Positions 38,160-47,643 of a stretch of 64,000 bases of DNA are shown piece by piece. The notes below the pieces were generated by a model that was not told the DNA's origin, did not search any database, and saw only the letters and a list, made by a program, of their open reading frames with translations. The DNA comes from Bacillota bacterium (lineage in GTDB: Bacteria > Bacillota > Dehalobacteriia > UBA4068): positions 148,109 to 212,108 of the forward strand of contig JAVBKT010000002.1 in assembly GCA_031553915.1 (NCBI GenBank), written 5' to 3'. Both the position numbers and the translations under genes were made by a program. Numbering within the stretch: position 1 is the first letter of the stretch; every line of letters starts with the position of its first letter.

Positions 38160-38768
38160 CTATAACGGAGCTTGGCAAGTCAATATTGGCTGAATTTGTT
38201 GGCCACGTAAGGCGGCGGCCAAAGTTTGGGGAATCTGTTTCATATCCGCCATCAGCGAGTTTGGTTTGTTGGCCGGATTGTCCTGACCAAAAGGCACAAA
38301 ATAGCAATTTTTATAATTCATCAATGTGCCGAAATTTTTGGCATTAGCGGCTAAACCGTCATTGGTAGAAATGGCGATCACCAATGGCCGGGCATTACGC
38401 AAATGTGATTTTGCCGCCATAATCACCGGCGTATCAATAATAGCATTGGCCAGCTTGGAAATGCTATTGCCCGTGCAGGGCGCAATCAGCATAATGTCGC
38501 ATAAACCATTGGGGCCGATCGGCTCCGCTTTGGTAATGCTGTCAATGATGCTCTCCGCGCCGGAGGCTGCCAGTATGGCCTGCTGCCAGTGCTGGGCAGT
38601 GCCAAAACGCGTATCAGTATCGCGAACATGATCAGAAATAATCGGCACAATGTTAGCGCCCAAGCTTTTCAGATATTCCATTACGCTGATTGCTGCCGCT
38701 AAGGTACAAAAAGAGCCGGTCAGCGCAAAACCAATATTTTTTCCTTTGAAAATATCCTGTTCTGTCAT
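38160..38768 (-). CDS. dpaB: Dipicolinate synthase subunit B (flavoprotein, SpoVFB)
   Basis: 202 aa. Flavoprotein fold (GKNIGFALTGSFC), positioned after dpaA and before asd. Confidence 0.85.
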   Translation of the reverse strand: MTEQDIFKGKNIGFALTGSFCTLAAAISVMEYLKSLGANIVPIISDHVRDTDTRFGTAQHWQQAILAASGAESIIDSITKAEPIGPNGLCDIMLIAPCTGNSISKLANAIIDTPVIMAAKSHLRNARPLVIAISTNDGLAANAKNFGTLMNYKNCYFVPFGQDNPANKPNSLMADMKQIPQTLAAALRGQQIQPILTCQAPL

Positions 38769-39646
38769 TTTGCCCCTCCTTCCTCGCTCAATTCCTTAAT
38801 AAAACTGGGGTAAAAATCAGCCATAATCTGTCCGGCAAAAGCTGCCGCATACTTGCCCGGCATACCCCCGGCATGGATAGCTTTGATCCCTCTGCGCTCA
38901 GCAGCGACAAAATCCGTGCCTCCGGGATAAGCAGCCAGATCAATAATGGCCGTATCCCGATGCAAAAGGCCGATAATCACTTCATCCAGGAGCAGACTAG
39001 GCGCGGTATTAAAAATATAATCCGCCTCCCGCGCAGCTGCCACCAATTGCGGCCGTCCCACTACGCTATAGCCCATTTCCACCGCCTCCTGGCTGCGCTT
39101 TTGCCCGCGGTTGAGCACTGTAACATTCATGCCCAGGCCGTCCAGACGCCAAGCCAGCTCTTTGCCGATGCGGCCAAAGCCGATCAGCAAGGCTTTATGC
39201 CCCAGCAAAACACGGTCATCCAGGCTGATCGCTTCCGCTATCGCCCCTTCCGCAGTGGCAGCAGCGAGCGGTACGGCCATTCTGTCATCCTCTGTCAATT
39301 CATAAATATGGCAATGCTCCGCCTGAATGCGCAGCGTCATCGACGCTACCCCGCAAAGAATGGCTGTACCCGGAGCCAGAGCTTCAAAATCATCTTCACC
39401 CAAATAGACCGGGTGCAGGCATAAGCTAGATAAACGCCCGTCTTTGGCCAGCGGCGGCTGCGGCAAAATACAGATATCAGCAGCACTAAAGGCGGACTTA
39501 ATATCTGTTACTGTCCTGATCCCCTGCGGCAATAATTCACTGGGGCAGCCATAGGCCCAAACCTCATAACCAGCGTCCTGCAACGCTGTCATCACCGGTA
39601 TTTCCCGTTTATCCCCACCACAAAAAACTATCTTCCCCACAGCCAT
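38765..39646 (-). CDS. dpaA: Dipicolinate synthase subunit A (SpoVFA). The start is uncertain.
   Basis: Aligns with B. subtilis SpoVFA from MAVGKIVFCGGDKREIP. GGAGGG sits directly beside ATG 39646, so a GTG 6 nt downstream may be the true start. The track ORF extends to 39769 with no RBS. Confidence 0.8.
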   Translation of the reverse strand: MAVGKIVFCGGDKREIPVMTALQDAGYEVWAYGCPSELLPQGIRTVTDIKSAFSAADICILPQPPLAKDGRLSSLCLHPVYLGEDDFEALAPGTAILCGVASMTLRIQAEHCHIYELTEDDRMAVPLAAATAEGAIAEAISLDDRVLLGHKALLIGFGRIGKELAWRLDGLGMNVTVLNRGQKRSQEAVEMGYSVVGRPQLVAAAREADYIFNTAPSLLLDEVIIGLLHRDTAIIDLAAYPGGTDFVAAERRGIKAIHAGGMPGKYAAAFAGQIMADFYPSFIKELSEEGGAK

Positions 39647-39689
39647 CCCTCCTAACACATACCTCATAATATTCAAATAGTGATAATAG

Positions 39690-39750
39690 GTGCTTGGACA
39701 GCTGCGCCTTTTCCGCAAAAGAAAAGAACAGCATACTCGAGTTGAGCTGC
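39690..39750 (-). terminator. Probable terminator of hfq
   Basis: Minus-strand hairpin AAAAGAACAGCAGCTCAACTCGAGTATGCTGTTCTTTT followed by a CTTTT run. Coordinates are approximate. Confidence 0.45.
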
Positions 39751-39777
39751 TGTTCTTTTCCTCAATCAAAACTAATA

Positions 39778-40014
39778 TTAATCTTGATACGCCTCTAAAT
39801 TATGCAGATCCAGAGGCTCGGTCGGAATAATGGTACTAATTGCGTGCTTGAAAATCATCTCCTGGTCTTTGCCGCAGGCAACTATTACCGTAAAGCTATC
39901 AAAAGCTTCGACTATTCCTTTTAGTTGAAAACCATTGACGAGAAAAAAAGTGGCGGGTATCTTTTGCTTACGAATCGCATTGAGGTACAACTCCTGCAAA
40001 CCGGGTTGTTTCAT
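39778..40014 (-). CDS. hfq: RNA chaperone Hfq
   Basis: 78 aa from MKQPGLQELYLNAIRKQKIPATFFLVNGFQLKG (Sm fold). Start is the ATG at 40012-40014, 7 nt after GGAGG. It begins 2 nt after the miaA stop. Confidence 0.9.
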   Translation of the reverse strand: MKQPGLQELYLNAIRKQKIPATFFLVNGFQLKGIVEAFDSFTVIVACGKDQEMIFKHAISTIIPTEPLDLHNLEAYQD

Positions 40015-40016
40015 GC

Positions 40017-40967
40017 TCATACCTCCTCTAACATTTGGGCGATTCGGAATAAAACCGCACTTATCAACTCTCCCTCCTCAAGATATTGGGCAATATCAAA
40101 CCAGCAGATACGCTGGTCGCGCTTGAACCATGTCATTTGCCTTTTGGCAAAACGCCTGGTATCTCTTTTTAAATTCTTTATCGCTTCGTCCAGCGAGCAT
40201 TCCTGCTCCAGATAAGCGGCTATCTGCTTATAACCTAAGGCCTGCATCGATACGGCATCCCGCGAGAGCCCATTTTGCAGCAATCCCTGCACTTCTTCCG
40301 CCAGCCCTTGGTCCAGCATCCGCTCAATTCTGGCCTCTATCCGCGCATAGAGAAGATCCTTGTCAGCGGTAAGGCCAATCATGATCGGGTCATATTTAAC
40401 CGGCTGATTATCTTCGTGGAACTCGCTGGGAACACGGCCGCTGACCAGGCATATTTCCAGCGCCCTGATCAGGCGCCGACTGTCATTGGGGTGTATTTTA
40501 GCGGCGGTTACCGCATCCATTTCCTGCAGGCGCTGATGCATTTGCTCTCCGCCGTTGGCGGCAAATTCCTGTTGCAGCGCTTCCCGGACAGCAGGATCAA
40601 CATCTGTCAGCGGATCAAAATTATAGGGGAACACCAGCGAATTAATATAAAGACCAGTGCCGCCGCAGATCAGGGGTAATTTGTTCCGGTCAAAAATATC
40701 CTCAATGCACTGATCCGCCCGGTCATGAAAATCAGCTACGCTAAAAGCATAATCAGGCGGAACAATATCCAGCAGATGATGCGGAACCTGCTCCTGCTCA
40801 GCTGTGCTCGCTTTAGCGGTCCCGATATCCATGCCCCAATATACCTGCATTGAATCTGCGGAAATAATTTCGCAGTTGAATTTCTGCGCCACAGCCAAAG
40901 CTAAAGCAGTTTTGCCGGTGGCAGTAGGTCCTAAGATCACAATAATTTTTTTCTTATTGCCTGTCAT
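40017..40967 (-). CDS. miaA: tRNA dimethylallyltransferase
   Basis: 316 aa. P-loop GPTATGKT and SADSMQVY motifs. Confidence 0.95.
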   Translation of the reverse strand: MTGNKKKIIVILGPTATGKTALALAVAQKFNCEIISADSMQVYWGMDIGTAKASTAEQEQVPHHLLDIVPPDYAFSVADFHDRADQCIEDIFDRNKLPLICGGTGLYINSLVFPYNFDPLTDVDPAVREALQQEFAANGGEQMHQRLQEMDAVTAAKIHPNDSRRLIRALEICLVSGRVPSEFHEDNQPVKYDPIMIGLTADKDLLYARIEARIERMLDQGLAEEVQGLLQNGLSRDAVSMQALGYKQIAAYLEQECSLDEAIKNLKRDTRRFAKRQMTWFKRDQRICWFDIAQYLEEGELISAVLFRIAQMLEEV

Positions 40968-40985
40968 TGCTTATCCTCAATATTA

Positions 40986-42872
40986 TTATATGCTGCCGCG
41001 CAAAAAGCGTTTATAAATTTCCGCCCGGCTCAGTTTGATGGCCAAGGGACGCCCATGCGGGCAGGTAGATGAATTTTCGCAGTGGTCAAGATCAGCAAAA
41101 AGGACGCTGATATCGGTAATGGTCAAAAAACGGTTGGCTTTGATCGCCTGCTTGCAGGCTGCCATGAATAATTCGTCCTTACGCATGCGGGCGATATTGG
41201 CCGGGGCCTCCGCCAGTTCCGATAAAAAGAGGCGCAACAGCTGCTCCGGGTCATCGCCATCATACCAGATGGGCACCCCCCTGATCACAAAAGTATTTTC
41301 TCCGAAATGTTCAATGATAAAGCCTTGCTCACGCAAACCCAAAATCAAATCTGTCAGCTGCATTGCTTCCTGATAGGAAAGATCAAGCGATATCGGCACA
41401 GCTAAGCCGCTGCTGTCACCAAGGTGTTCTATAGACGCGGCGGCAATTTTTTCGTAAAGAATGCGCTCCGCTGCCGCGTGCTGGTCAATGATATAGAGAT
41501 ATTCTCCTTTAACCGCCACAATAAAGGTTCCGGCAAACTGGCCCAAGGGAGTCAGCTGGGAATAAACCAGTTGCTGATTGCCCTGCCCGTCATCAGCAAA
41601 CAATTGCTCCTGCGTGGATTGGTACTCGGGAATAAAACGATCCGTCGGTAGCTCTTGCTGGGTCTGATCCAGGTTATAGCTTTGTAAAGCCTGATAAATA
41701 TCTATGCCACGGTTAAGCGCTCCGCTTTCCCTGAGTGGCATCGCAGTCTCAGTTGCAAGGCCAGCGCTATAACTGCCTGCCGGCGCGGCAAAATTATCCC
41801 GCTGATCAACCAATTCGCCTGGCTCCCCCTGCTCTGGGGTAGACATTGCTACCTTTGCCTCTTTGGTGATAATTTCCGGCGCAGAGGCTCCACTTTTGCC
41901 TAGTGCAGCGCGGATTTGCTCAATCAGCTCCGCGCGGATTGCAGCAAAATTATCAAACTTAACCTCCAGCTTACCGGGATGCACATTCACATCAATTGCC
42001 CCCGGATCGAGCTGCAAAAAAATAAAAACAATCGCATAGCGGTGCTTGGGCATAAAATTGAAATATGCTTCATCCACGGCATGGCCCAGCTCGCGGCTGC
42101 GCACAAAACGGCCGTTGATGAAAAAATTATAATTATTGCGGTTAGCGCGGTTGAGCGCGGGCGGGCTGACAAAGCCCTGGCTAAAGGCTATCATCTGCTC
42201 TGCGACATTTTTGCCATAGGCCTCAAACAAAGCATGGCGGGCATTGCCCTTACCGCTGCTGTTAAATATAGTATGGCTGCCGTTAACCAAGCGGAAAGCA
42301 ATCTGCGGATAGGCCACAATATAGCGCGCCAGCAAATCGCTGATCAGGCCAATTTCCGTGCGCGGGGTTTTGAGAAACTTTTTCCGGGCCGGCGCATTAT
42401 AAAAGAGCCTGTCCACAATGACCGTTGTGCCGGCCTGCGCCGCGGCAATCTCAGGTATGCTGGGCTTACCGTCAATAATATTGAGACAATAGCCATTCTC
42501 GGCATTTTTTTGTTGAGAAATAATGCTCATCTGGCTGACCGAGGCAATGGAGGGCAGGGCCTCACCGCGGAAACCCAAGCTATGCAGCTGATGAAGATCA
42601 GCAGCTTGCGTGATTTTGCTGGTGGCATGACGCAAAACAGCCAGGCGCATCTCATCCGGGCTCATGCCATAGCCATTATCGCTAATCTGCATCTTTTCCA
42701 GATTTGCATCAAAAATACGCACGGAAATAGCCGTAGCTTCGGCGTCAATAGCGTTTTCGACCAGCTCTTTGATTACCGAAAAGGGCCGCTCCACAACCTC
42801 GCCCGCGGCGATTTGGTTGGCCGTATGCTGGTCGAGTATCTTAATTCTATTAGTTGTTTCTTCGCTATTCAT
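40986..42872 (-). CDS. mutL: DNA mismatch repair protein MutL
   Basis: 628 aa. GHKL ATPase N-domain (IAAGEVVERPFSVIKELVENAIDA) and a C-terminal dimerisation domain. Confidence 0.95.
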   Translation of the reverse strand: MNSEETTNRIKILDQHTANQIAAGEVVERPFSVIKELVENAIDAEATAISVRIFDANLEKMQISDNGYGMSPDEMRLAVLRHATSKITQAADLHQLHSLGFRGEALPSIASVSQMSIISQQKNAENGYCLNIIDGKPSIPEIAAAQAGTTVIVDRLFYNAPARKKFLKTPRTEIGLISDLLARYIVAYPQIAFRLVNGSHTIFNSSGKGNARHALFEAYGKNVAEQMIAFSQGFVSPPALNRANRNNYNFFINGRFVRSRELGHAVDEAYFNFMPKHRYAIVFIFLQLDPGAIDVNVHPGKLEVKFDNFAAIRAELIEQIRAALGKSGASAPEIITKEAKVAMSTPEQGEPGELVDQRDNFAAPAGSYSAGLATETAMPLRESGALNRGIDIYQALQSYNLDQTQQELPTDRFIPEYQSTQEQLFADDGQGNQQLVYSQLTPLGQFAGTFIVAVKGEYLYIIDQHAAAERILYEKIAAASIEHLGDSSGLAVPISLDLSYQEAMQLTDLILGLREQGFIIEHFGENTFVIRGVPIWYDGDDPEQLLRLFLSELAEAPANIARMRKDELFMAACKQAIKANRFLTITDISVLFADLDHCENSSTCPHGRPLAIKLSRAEIYKRFLRGSI

Positions 42873-45495
42873 TTTTCAGCTCTTTCTTCCACTCACTCAG
42901 CTGCAGCAAGGCGTCCAAAGGAGAAAGCGCGTCCAGATCAATATCGCGGATGGCAGTGATAATTTCATGCTCTTCCGCCTCCGGCATTTCGCCGAGAATA
43001 ATATCGGCAAAATTAAGCTGCTCGTTTCTTTCCAGCTTAGATGCAATATGCTTTTCCGCCTCCAGCTGCGCTAATATCTCTTTGGCGCGGCGGATAACCT
43101 CTTTGGGCAGACCAGCCAGCTGAGCGACAGCAATACCATAGCTTCTGTCTGTGCCGCCTTCAATAATTTTGCGCAAAAAGACAATCCTCTGCCCTTTTTC
43201 TTTGACTGAATTAGAAAAATTCTTCACCATTGGAAAACTATCGGCCAGCAGTGTCAGCTCGTGATAATGAGTAGCAAACAATGTTTTAGCCGCGCAATTA
43301 TCATTTAAAATAAATTCCGCCACTGCCCAGGCAATAGACAGCCCGTCATAAGTGGAGGTGCCGCGCCCGATCTCATCGAGGATAATCAGGCTGTCTTTGG
43401 TAGCGTGGCGCAGGATATTCGATGTCTCTGTCATCTCAACCATAAAAGTGCTCTGTCCGCCGGAGAGGTCGTCAGAGGCGCCGACGCGGGTAAAAATGCG
43501 GTCAACATAGCCAATCTGCGCCTTTTCCGCCGGCACAAAGCTTCCGATATGCGCCAGCAGCACAATCAGCGCCACCTGCCGCATATAAGTGCTCTTCCCT
43601 GCCATATTGGGGCCGGTAATCAACATCATCCGTAGATGGTTTTGGTCAAGGTGGGTGTCATTGGGAATATAGTTCTCCCGCTCGATGATTTTCTCAATTA
43701 CCGCATGACGGCCTTCGCGGATAATAATACTATTGCTATCATCAACCTGCGGCTTGCAATAATTATTAGCAATAGCCACGCTGGCCAAAGACTGCAATGC
43801 GTCCAGATAAGCGCATACCTCAGCCACGCTATTTATGCGCACAGCCGCAGCAGCTGTTTTGTCGCGCACCTCGCAAAAGTATTTATATTCCAAAGCGGAG
43901 AGCTTTTCGCCAGCACTCAGAATTCGTTCTTCCAGCTCTTTTAGCTCTTCGGTGATAAAACGCTCGGCATTAACCAAGGTCTGTTTGCGGATATAGCCCT
44001 CAGGCGCTTCGTCCGCTCTGCCTTTGCTGATCTCTATGTAATAGCCAAAGACCTTATTAAAGCCAACTTTGAGCGTTTTGATGCCGGTACGCTCGCGCTC
44101 TGCCGCTTCCAGCTCCAACAATGTCTGTTTTACTGACCCGGAAAGCTGTCTCAGCTCGTCCACCTCAGCATGATAGCCGGTTTTGATCACCCCACTATCC
44201 TTGGCGGAAAGCGGCGCATCACCTGCGATAGACTCTTCCAATAGCTGGCAGATATCCTCCAGCAGATCATGACAATCAATCATGCGCATAAACAAATCAC
44301 TGTCCAGCCGGCTTAGCAGGCTAAACAAATGCGGCTGAAGGGAGAGAGAGCTTTTAAGGGCCAGCAAATCACGCGGTCCGGCGCTGCCATAGCTAATCCG
44401 GGTAATGATTCGCTGCATATCATGCAGTTGCCTTAAAATGCTGCGCAAATCATCAAGCAGCAGCGGTTTGTTGGTCAGCTCTTCTACCGCGTTCAAGCGG
44501 GCATTGATTGCCGGCGCGGATAGCAGCGGGTTTTCCACCCAATCGCGCAGCATTCTGGCGCCCATCGGCGTCAGCGTATCATCAATCACCCATAGCAGCG
44601 AGCCTTTATACTTATTGCTGCGCATGGTTTGCGATAGCTCGAGATTACGTCTGGTAGCAGCGTCAATCAGCATATATTGGCTATTGTTGTAAATCGTAAT
44701 TTTATCTATGTATGAGAGTGAGCGCTTTTGCGTTAACAGCAAAAAGTCGAGAATCATCACCGAGGCGATAGCCACGGCCGGATGATCGCCAAAGCCCAGG
44801 CCATCAATAGAGGCTACCTTAAAATGTGAGCAAAGCAGCTCATTGGTATTGCGCCGCAGATAATTCATATCCTTGGCCGGGCTGATACAGCCGACAACCT
44901 CATTCTTTAAGCGCAGGGAAAACAGCTCATCATGACATAGCTCGTCCGGCAAGAGCAATTCTGCCGGATGAATACGCGCCAGCTCGTCGGCAAGCTTGTT
45001 TCGGATATCGCCGCCCTTAATTTCCGTGGCAAAAAATTTGCCGGTGGAAATATCAGTGTAGGCCAAGCCAAAACAAATCTCGCTTTTGCCCTTTTTCTCC
45101 AACCAGCAGGCAGCGAGATAATTATAGGCCTTGGCGGCAAGCATATTCTCTTCAACAACAGTGCCAGGAGTGATCACGCGTACAACATCGCGCTTGACCA
45201 TACCCTTGGCTGTTTTGGGGTCTTCCAGCTGCTCACAAATGGCAACCTTATAGCCCTTCTCAATCAGCCGCGCAATATAATTATCCGCGGCATGATGCGG
45301 TACGCCGCACATCGGTATTTTGGCTCCGCCACCGCCATCTCTGGCCGTCAGGACAATTGAAAGCTCGCGCGAGGCAGTATGGGCGTCATCGCCAAACATT
45401 TCATAAAAATCGCCCAAGCGGAAAAAGAGCAAACAATCACTGTATTGCTCTTTTAGCTCTTGATATTGCCGCATCATCGGTGTTACAATGGTCAA
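42865..45495 (-). CDS. mutS: DNA mismatch repair protein MutS
   Basis: 876 aa. N-terminal mismatch-binding domain (PMMRQYQELK...FYEMFGDDA) and Walker A GPNMAGKST. Confidence 0.95.
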   Translation of the reverse strand: MTIVTPMMRQYQELKEQYSDCLLFFRLGDFYEMFGDDAHTASRELSIVLTARDGGGGAKIPMCGVPHHAADNYIARLIEKGYKVAICEQLEDPKTAKGMVKRDVVRVITPGTVVEENMLAAKAYNYLAACWLEKKGKSEICFGLAYTDISTGKFFATEIKGGDIRNKLADELARIHPAELLLPDELCHDELFSLRLKNEVVGCISPAKDMNYLRRNTNELLCSHFKVASIDGLGFGDHPAVAIASVMILDFLLLTQKRSLSYIDKITIYNNSQYMLIDAATRRNLELSQTMRSNKYKGSLLWVIDDTLTPMGARMLRDWVENPLLSAPAINARLNAVEELTNKPLLLDDLRSILRQLHDMQRIITRISYGSAGPRDLLALKSSLSLQPHLFSLLSRLDSDLFMRMIDCHDLLEDICQLLEESIAGDAPLSAKDSGVIKTGYHAEVDELRQLSGSVKQTLLELEAAERERTGIKTLKVGFNKVFGYYIEISKGRADEAPEGYIRKQTLVNAERFITEELKELEERILSAGEKLSALEYKYFCEVRDKTAAAAVRINSVAEVCAYLDALQSLASVAIANNYCKPQVDDSNSIIIREGRHAVIEKIIERENYIPNDTHLDQNHLRMMLITGPNMAGKSTYMRQVALIVLLAHIGSFVPAEKAQIGYVDRIFTRVGASDDLSGGQSTFMVEMTETSNILRHATKDSLIILDEIGRGTSTYDGLSIAWAVAEFILNDNCAAKTLFATHYHELTLLADSFPMVKNFSNSVKEKGQRIVFLRKIIEGGTDRSYGIAVAQLAGLPKEVIRRAKEILAQLEAEKHIASKLERNEQLNFADIILGEMPEAEEHEIITAIRDIDLDALSPLDALLQLSEWKKELKNE

Positions 45496-45498
45496 GTA

Positions 45499-46152
45499 TC
45501 AGGCCTCCTGCTCTTCGAGGTTCTCCTTAAACTGCGTTGGCACATAGTCAGTCAAAACAATGGTGCCCTCAGAAATCATCGCCAGCTTCAGCGGCGTTAA
45601 GCCGGCGTCAGGGGGAACAGTCGCCACATGTTCGCCAATGCGCAGCTGCTGGGCTTGCATATTATAGACGAGAATATAGGCCGCCTCATCACCTTCGGCG
45701 CCCGCATGCAGTACGCCGCGGCAGCAGCCCATAACCACAATATTGCCGGTAGCGATAATCTCTCCGCCCGGGTTAATATCACCCATGACCACAGCATTGC
45801 CGCGCACAGAAAGCCTTTGTCCGCTTCTGACGCTTTTGGTTACCAGCAAACTGTTGCCGCCTGCTGTTTGATAAATCATCTCCGCCTTTTCATCGCTTTG
45901 CACGATATGCGGAATAGCCTTGCCGGGTTTGATATGATATTTCTTCAGAATTCCTTGGATGATTGCCATTTCTTCTTCAGAAAACTGATTGGGCATGTCA
46001 ATAATATAATCAGCATTGATAAAGAAATCACCACTGCTCAGCAGCTTTTCTTCCAATGATGCACAAACCTGGCCAAAACCAGCCTGCTCGGTATCAAAAT
46101 AAAAAACCAGTCCTTGTGGTGTGCCTTTGATATTGACAATGTTTTGATTCAT
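45499..46152 (-). CDS. minC: Septum site-determining protein MinC. It is stand-alone here: no minD or minE is adjacent.
   Basis: 217 aa. The C-terminal beta-helix region (VRSGQRLSVRGNAVVMGDINPGGEIIATGNIVVMGCCRGVLHAG) aligns with B. subtilis MinC. Confidence 0.75.
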   Translation of the reverse strand: MNQNIVNIKGTPQGLVFYFDTEQAGFGQVCASLEEKLLSSGDFFINADYIIDMPNQFSEEEMAIIQGILKKYHIKPGKAIPHIVQSDEKAEMIYQTAGGNSLLVTKSVRSGQRLSVRGNAVVMGDINPGGEIIATGNIVVMGCCRGVLHAGAEGDEAAYILVYNMQAQQLRIGEHVATVPPDAGLTPLKLAMISEGTIVLTDYVPTQFKENLEEQEA

Positions 46153-46264
46153 TTATGGAGCCTCCAATTGAATATTATCTATATAATATATTATGCTGCA
46201 TTTAACTATAATAGTTTCGCCTAAAACGACTATTTTTCCTGCCGTATTTTGGGAGTAAAACTTT

Positions 46265-46999
46265 ATGAGACATGGTTTTGATGAAATCTACAAAAGAATG
46301 AAAAAAGCGATTATCGCTCATGCGATGATTAGTGATACCAGTTCTATTATGGTCGGGCTTTCCGGAGGTAAAGACAGCCTGACTTTGCTCTATGCGCTGA
46401 AACAATTTCTGGCTATCTCAAAACACAAATACAGCTTGGCGGCCGGGCATGTCTCGCTTGGCTTCCCCGGTGATGATATAACCCTGATGCAGGAGTTTTG
46501 CCAAGATTTGCAGGTGCCTTTTTATTGGACAAAAACAGAAATCGGCGCTATCGTTTTTGACCACCGCAAGGAAAGCAATCCCTGCTCGCTGTGCGCGAAA
46601 ATGCGCCGGGGCGCCCTAAACAGCCTCGCTAAAGAGAACGGCTTTGCCAAAATAGCTTTGGCGCATCACCTGGACGATGTGACGGAAACCCTGCTCTTGA
46701 ACCTCTTTTATGAAGGCCGCATTGCCAGCTTTAAGCCTGTCACCTATCTCGACCGTATGGATTTAACTGTGATCCGTCCCTTTGTCTATGTGCCGGAAGA
46801 GCAAATCAGCTATTTTGCCAGAAAAGAAAATCTGCCAATCAGCCGCAGCAATTGTCCGCAAAACTGTCTGGGCAAAAGGCAGGAGATGAAAGAAATTGTC
46901 GCCGCAATCGAAAAAATGGCGCCGATGGGCAAAGACAGAGCCACCGGCGCGCTTGATCGTATGTTTGACAGTGATTGGGATGGCAAAAGAGCTAAATAG
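46265..46999 (+). CDS. PP-loop ATPase of the TtcA / tRNA 2-thiocytidine biosynthesis family
   Basis: 244 aa. PP-loop SGGKDS and conserved Cys residues (CSLCAKMRRG, NCPQNC). Confidence 0.7.
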   Translation: MRHGFDEIYKRMKKAIIAHAMISDTSSIMVGLSGGKDSLTLLYALKQFLAISKHKYSLAAGHVSLGFPGDDITLMQEFCQDLQVPFYWTKTEIGAIVFDHRKESNPCSLCAKMRRGALNSLAKENGFAKIALAHHLDDVTETLLLNLFYEGRIASFKPVTYLDRMDLTVIRPFVYVPEEQISYFARKENLPISRSNCPQNCLGKRQEMKEIVAAIEKMAPMGKDRATGALDRMFDSDWDGKRAK

Positions 47000-47001
47000 C
47001 T

Positions 47002-47631
47002 TTAGCGTAAATTATTTTTTACCCCTTTATAAATGAGCTCAGCCTTCATCGTGCTGTCAAAAATCATTTCATCTGCCGCATAGTTGATCTTTTCCGCATA
47101 TTCGCGGTCTTGCATCAATTTTGTATTGACATAAACATTGAGCGCCGCCGCTTCCAGGGCAGCCTTGCAGACAGTAGCTCCGCAGCCGGCATCGCTGATC
47201 ATCAGCTGCGAGCCTTTGTCGGCAAATTCAGCGATAATATCAATCGCTTCACAGCTGAGCTGCATAATTTGCAGCGGCACCGCTACCGCATCTTTCAGGC
47301 ATTGTTCCATCACCACTGCTTTGGCGGCTTTTTCTTCTTCCGTATCAGCGGGCAGGCCATAGGCTTTGGCTAGTGGCCCAAAAACCCGGGCATCCTCTTC
47401 CACCAAAAACAGCAGCTCTTTTTCCAGCTCTGCGGAGCGTGTTTTCAGGGCAACTATCGCCTCTTCGACATAGGCGTATTTTTTTTTGCCTAGAGTATAG
47501 CTGCCCACCATATCGCCGAGGGCAATACCAAGGGCCGCCACCAGGGCCGCTGCGCCGCCACCGCCGGGATAGGGCTGTTTAGCCGCCAGAGCCTCGACAA
47601 ACTCCCTGCAAGATAAATCACTAATCGCCAT
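47002..47631 (-). CDS. Formiminotransferase-cyclodeaminase C-terminal (FTCD_C) family protein / methenyl-THF cyclohydrolase-like
   Basis: 209 aa. LSCREFVEALAAKQPYPGGGGAAALVAALGIALGDMVGSYTLGKKKY matches the FTCD_C family signature. It is 12 nt downstream of the ligase gene on the same strand. Confidence 0.75.
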   Translation of the reverse strand: MAISDLSCREFVEALAAKQPYPGGGGAAALVAALGIALGDMVGSYTLGKKKYAYVEEAIVALKTRSAELEKELLFLVEEDARVFGPLAKAYGLPADTEEEKAAKAVVMEQCLKDAVAVPLQIMQLSCEAIDIIAEFADKGSQLMISDAGCGATVCKAALEAAALNVYVNTKLMQDREYAEKINYAADEMIFDSTMKAELIYKGVKNNLR

Positions 47632-47643
47632 TTTTATATCCTC

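Noticed and set aside
39647-39689. SigmaK-type promoter expected upstream of dpaA
   Set aside because: No clear AC-N17-CATAnnnTA match was found between the hfq terminator and dpaA, so no promoter was called.
41916-42959. 347 aa plus-strand ORF antisense to mutL and the mutS start
   Set aside because: Spurious antisense ORF in a GC-neutral region, with no domain signal.
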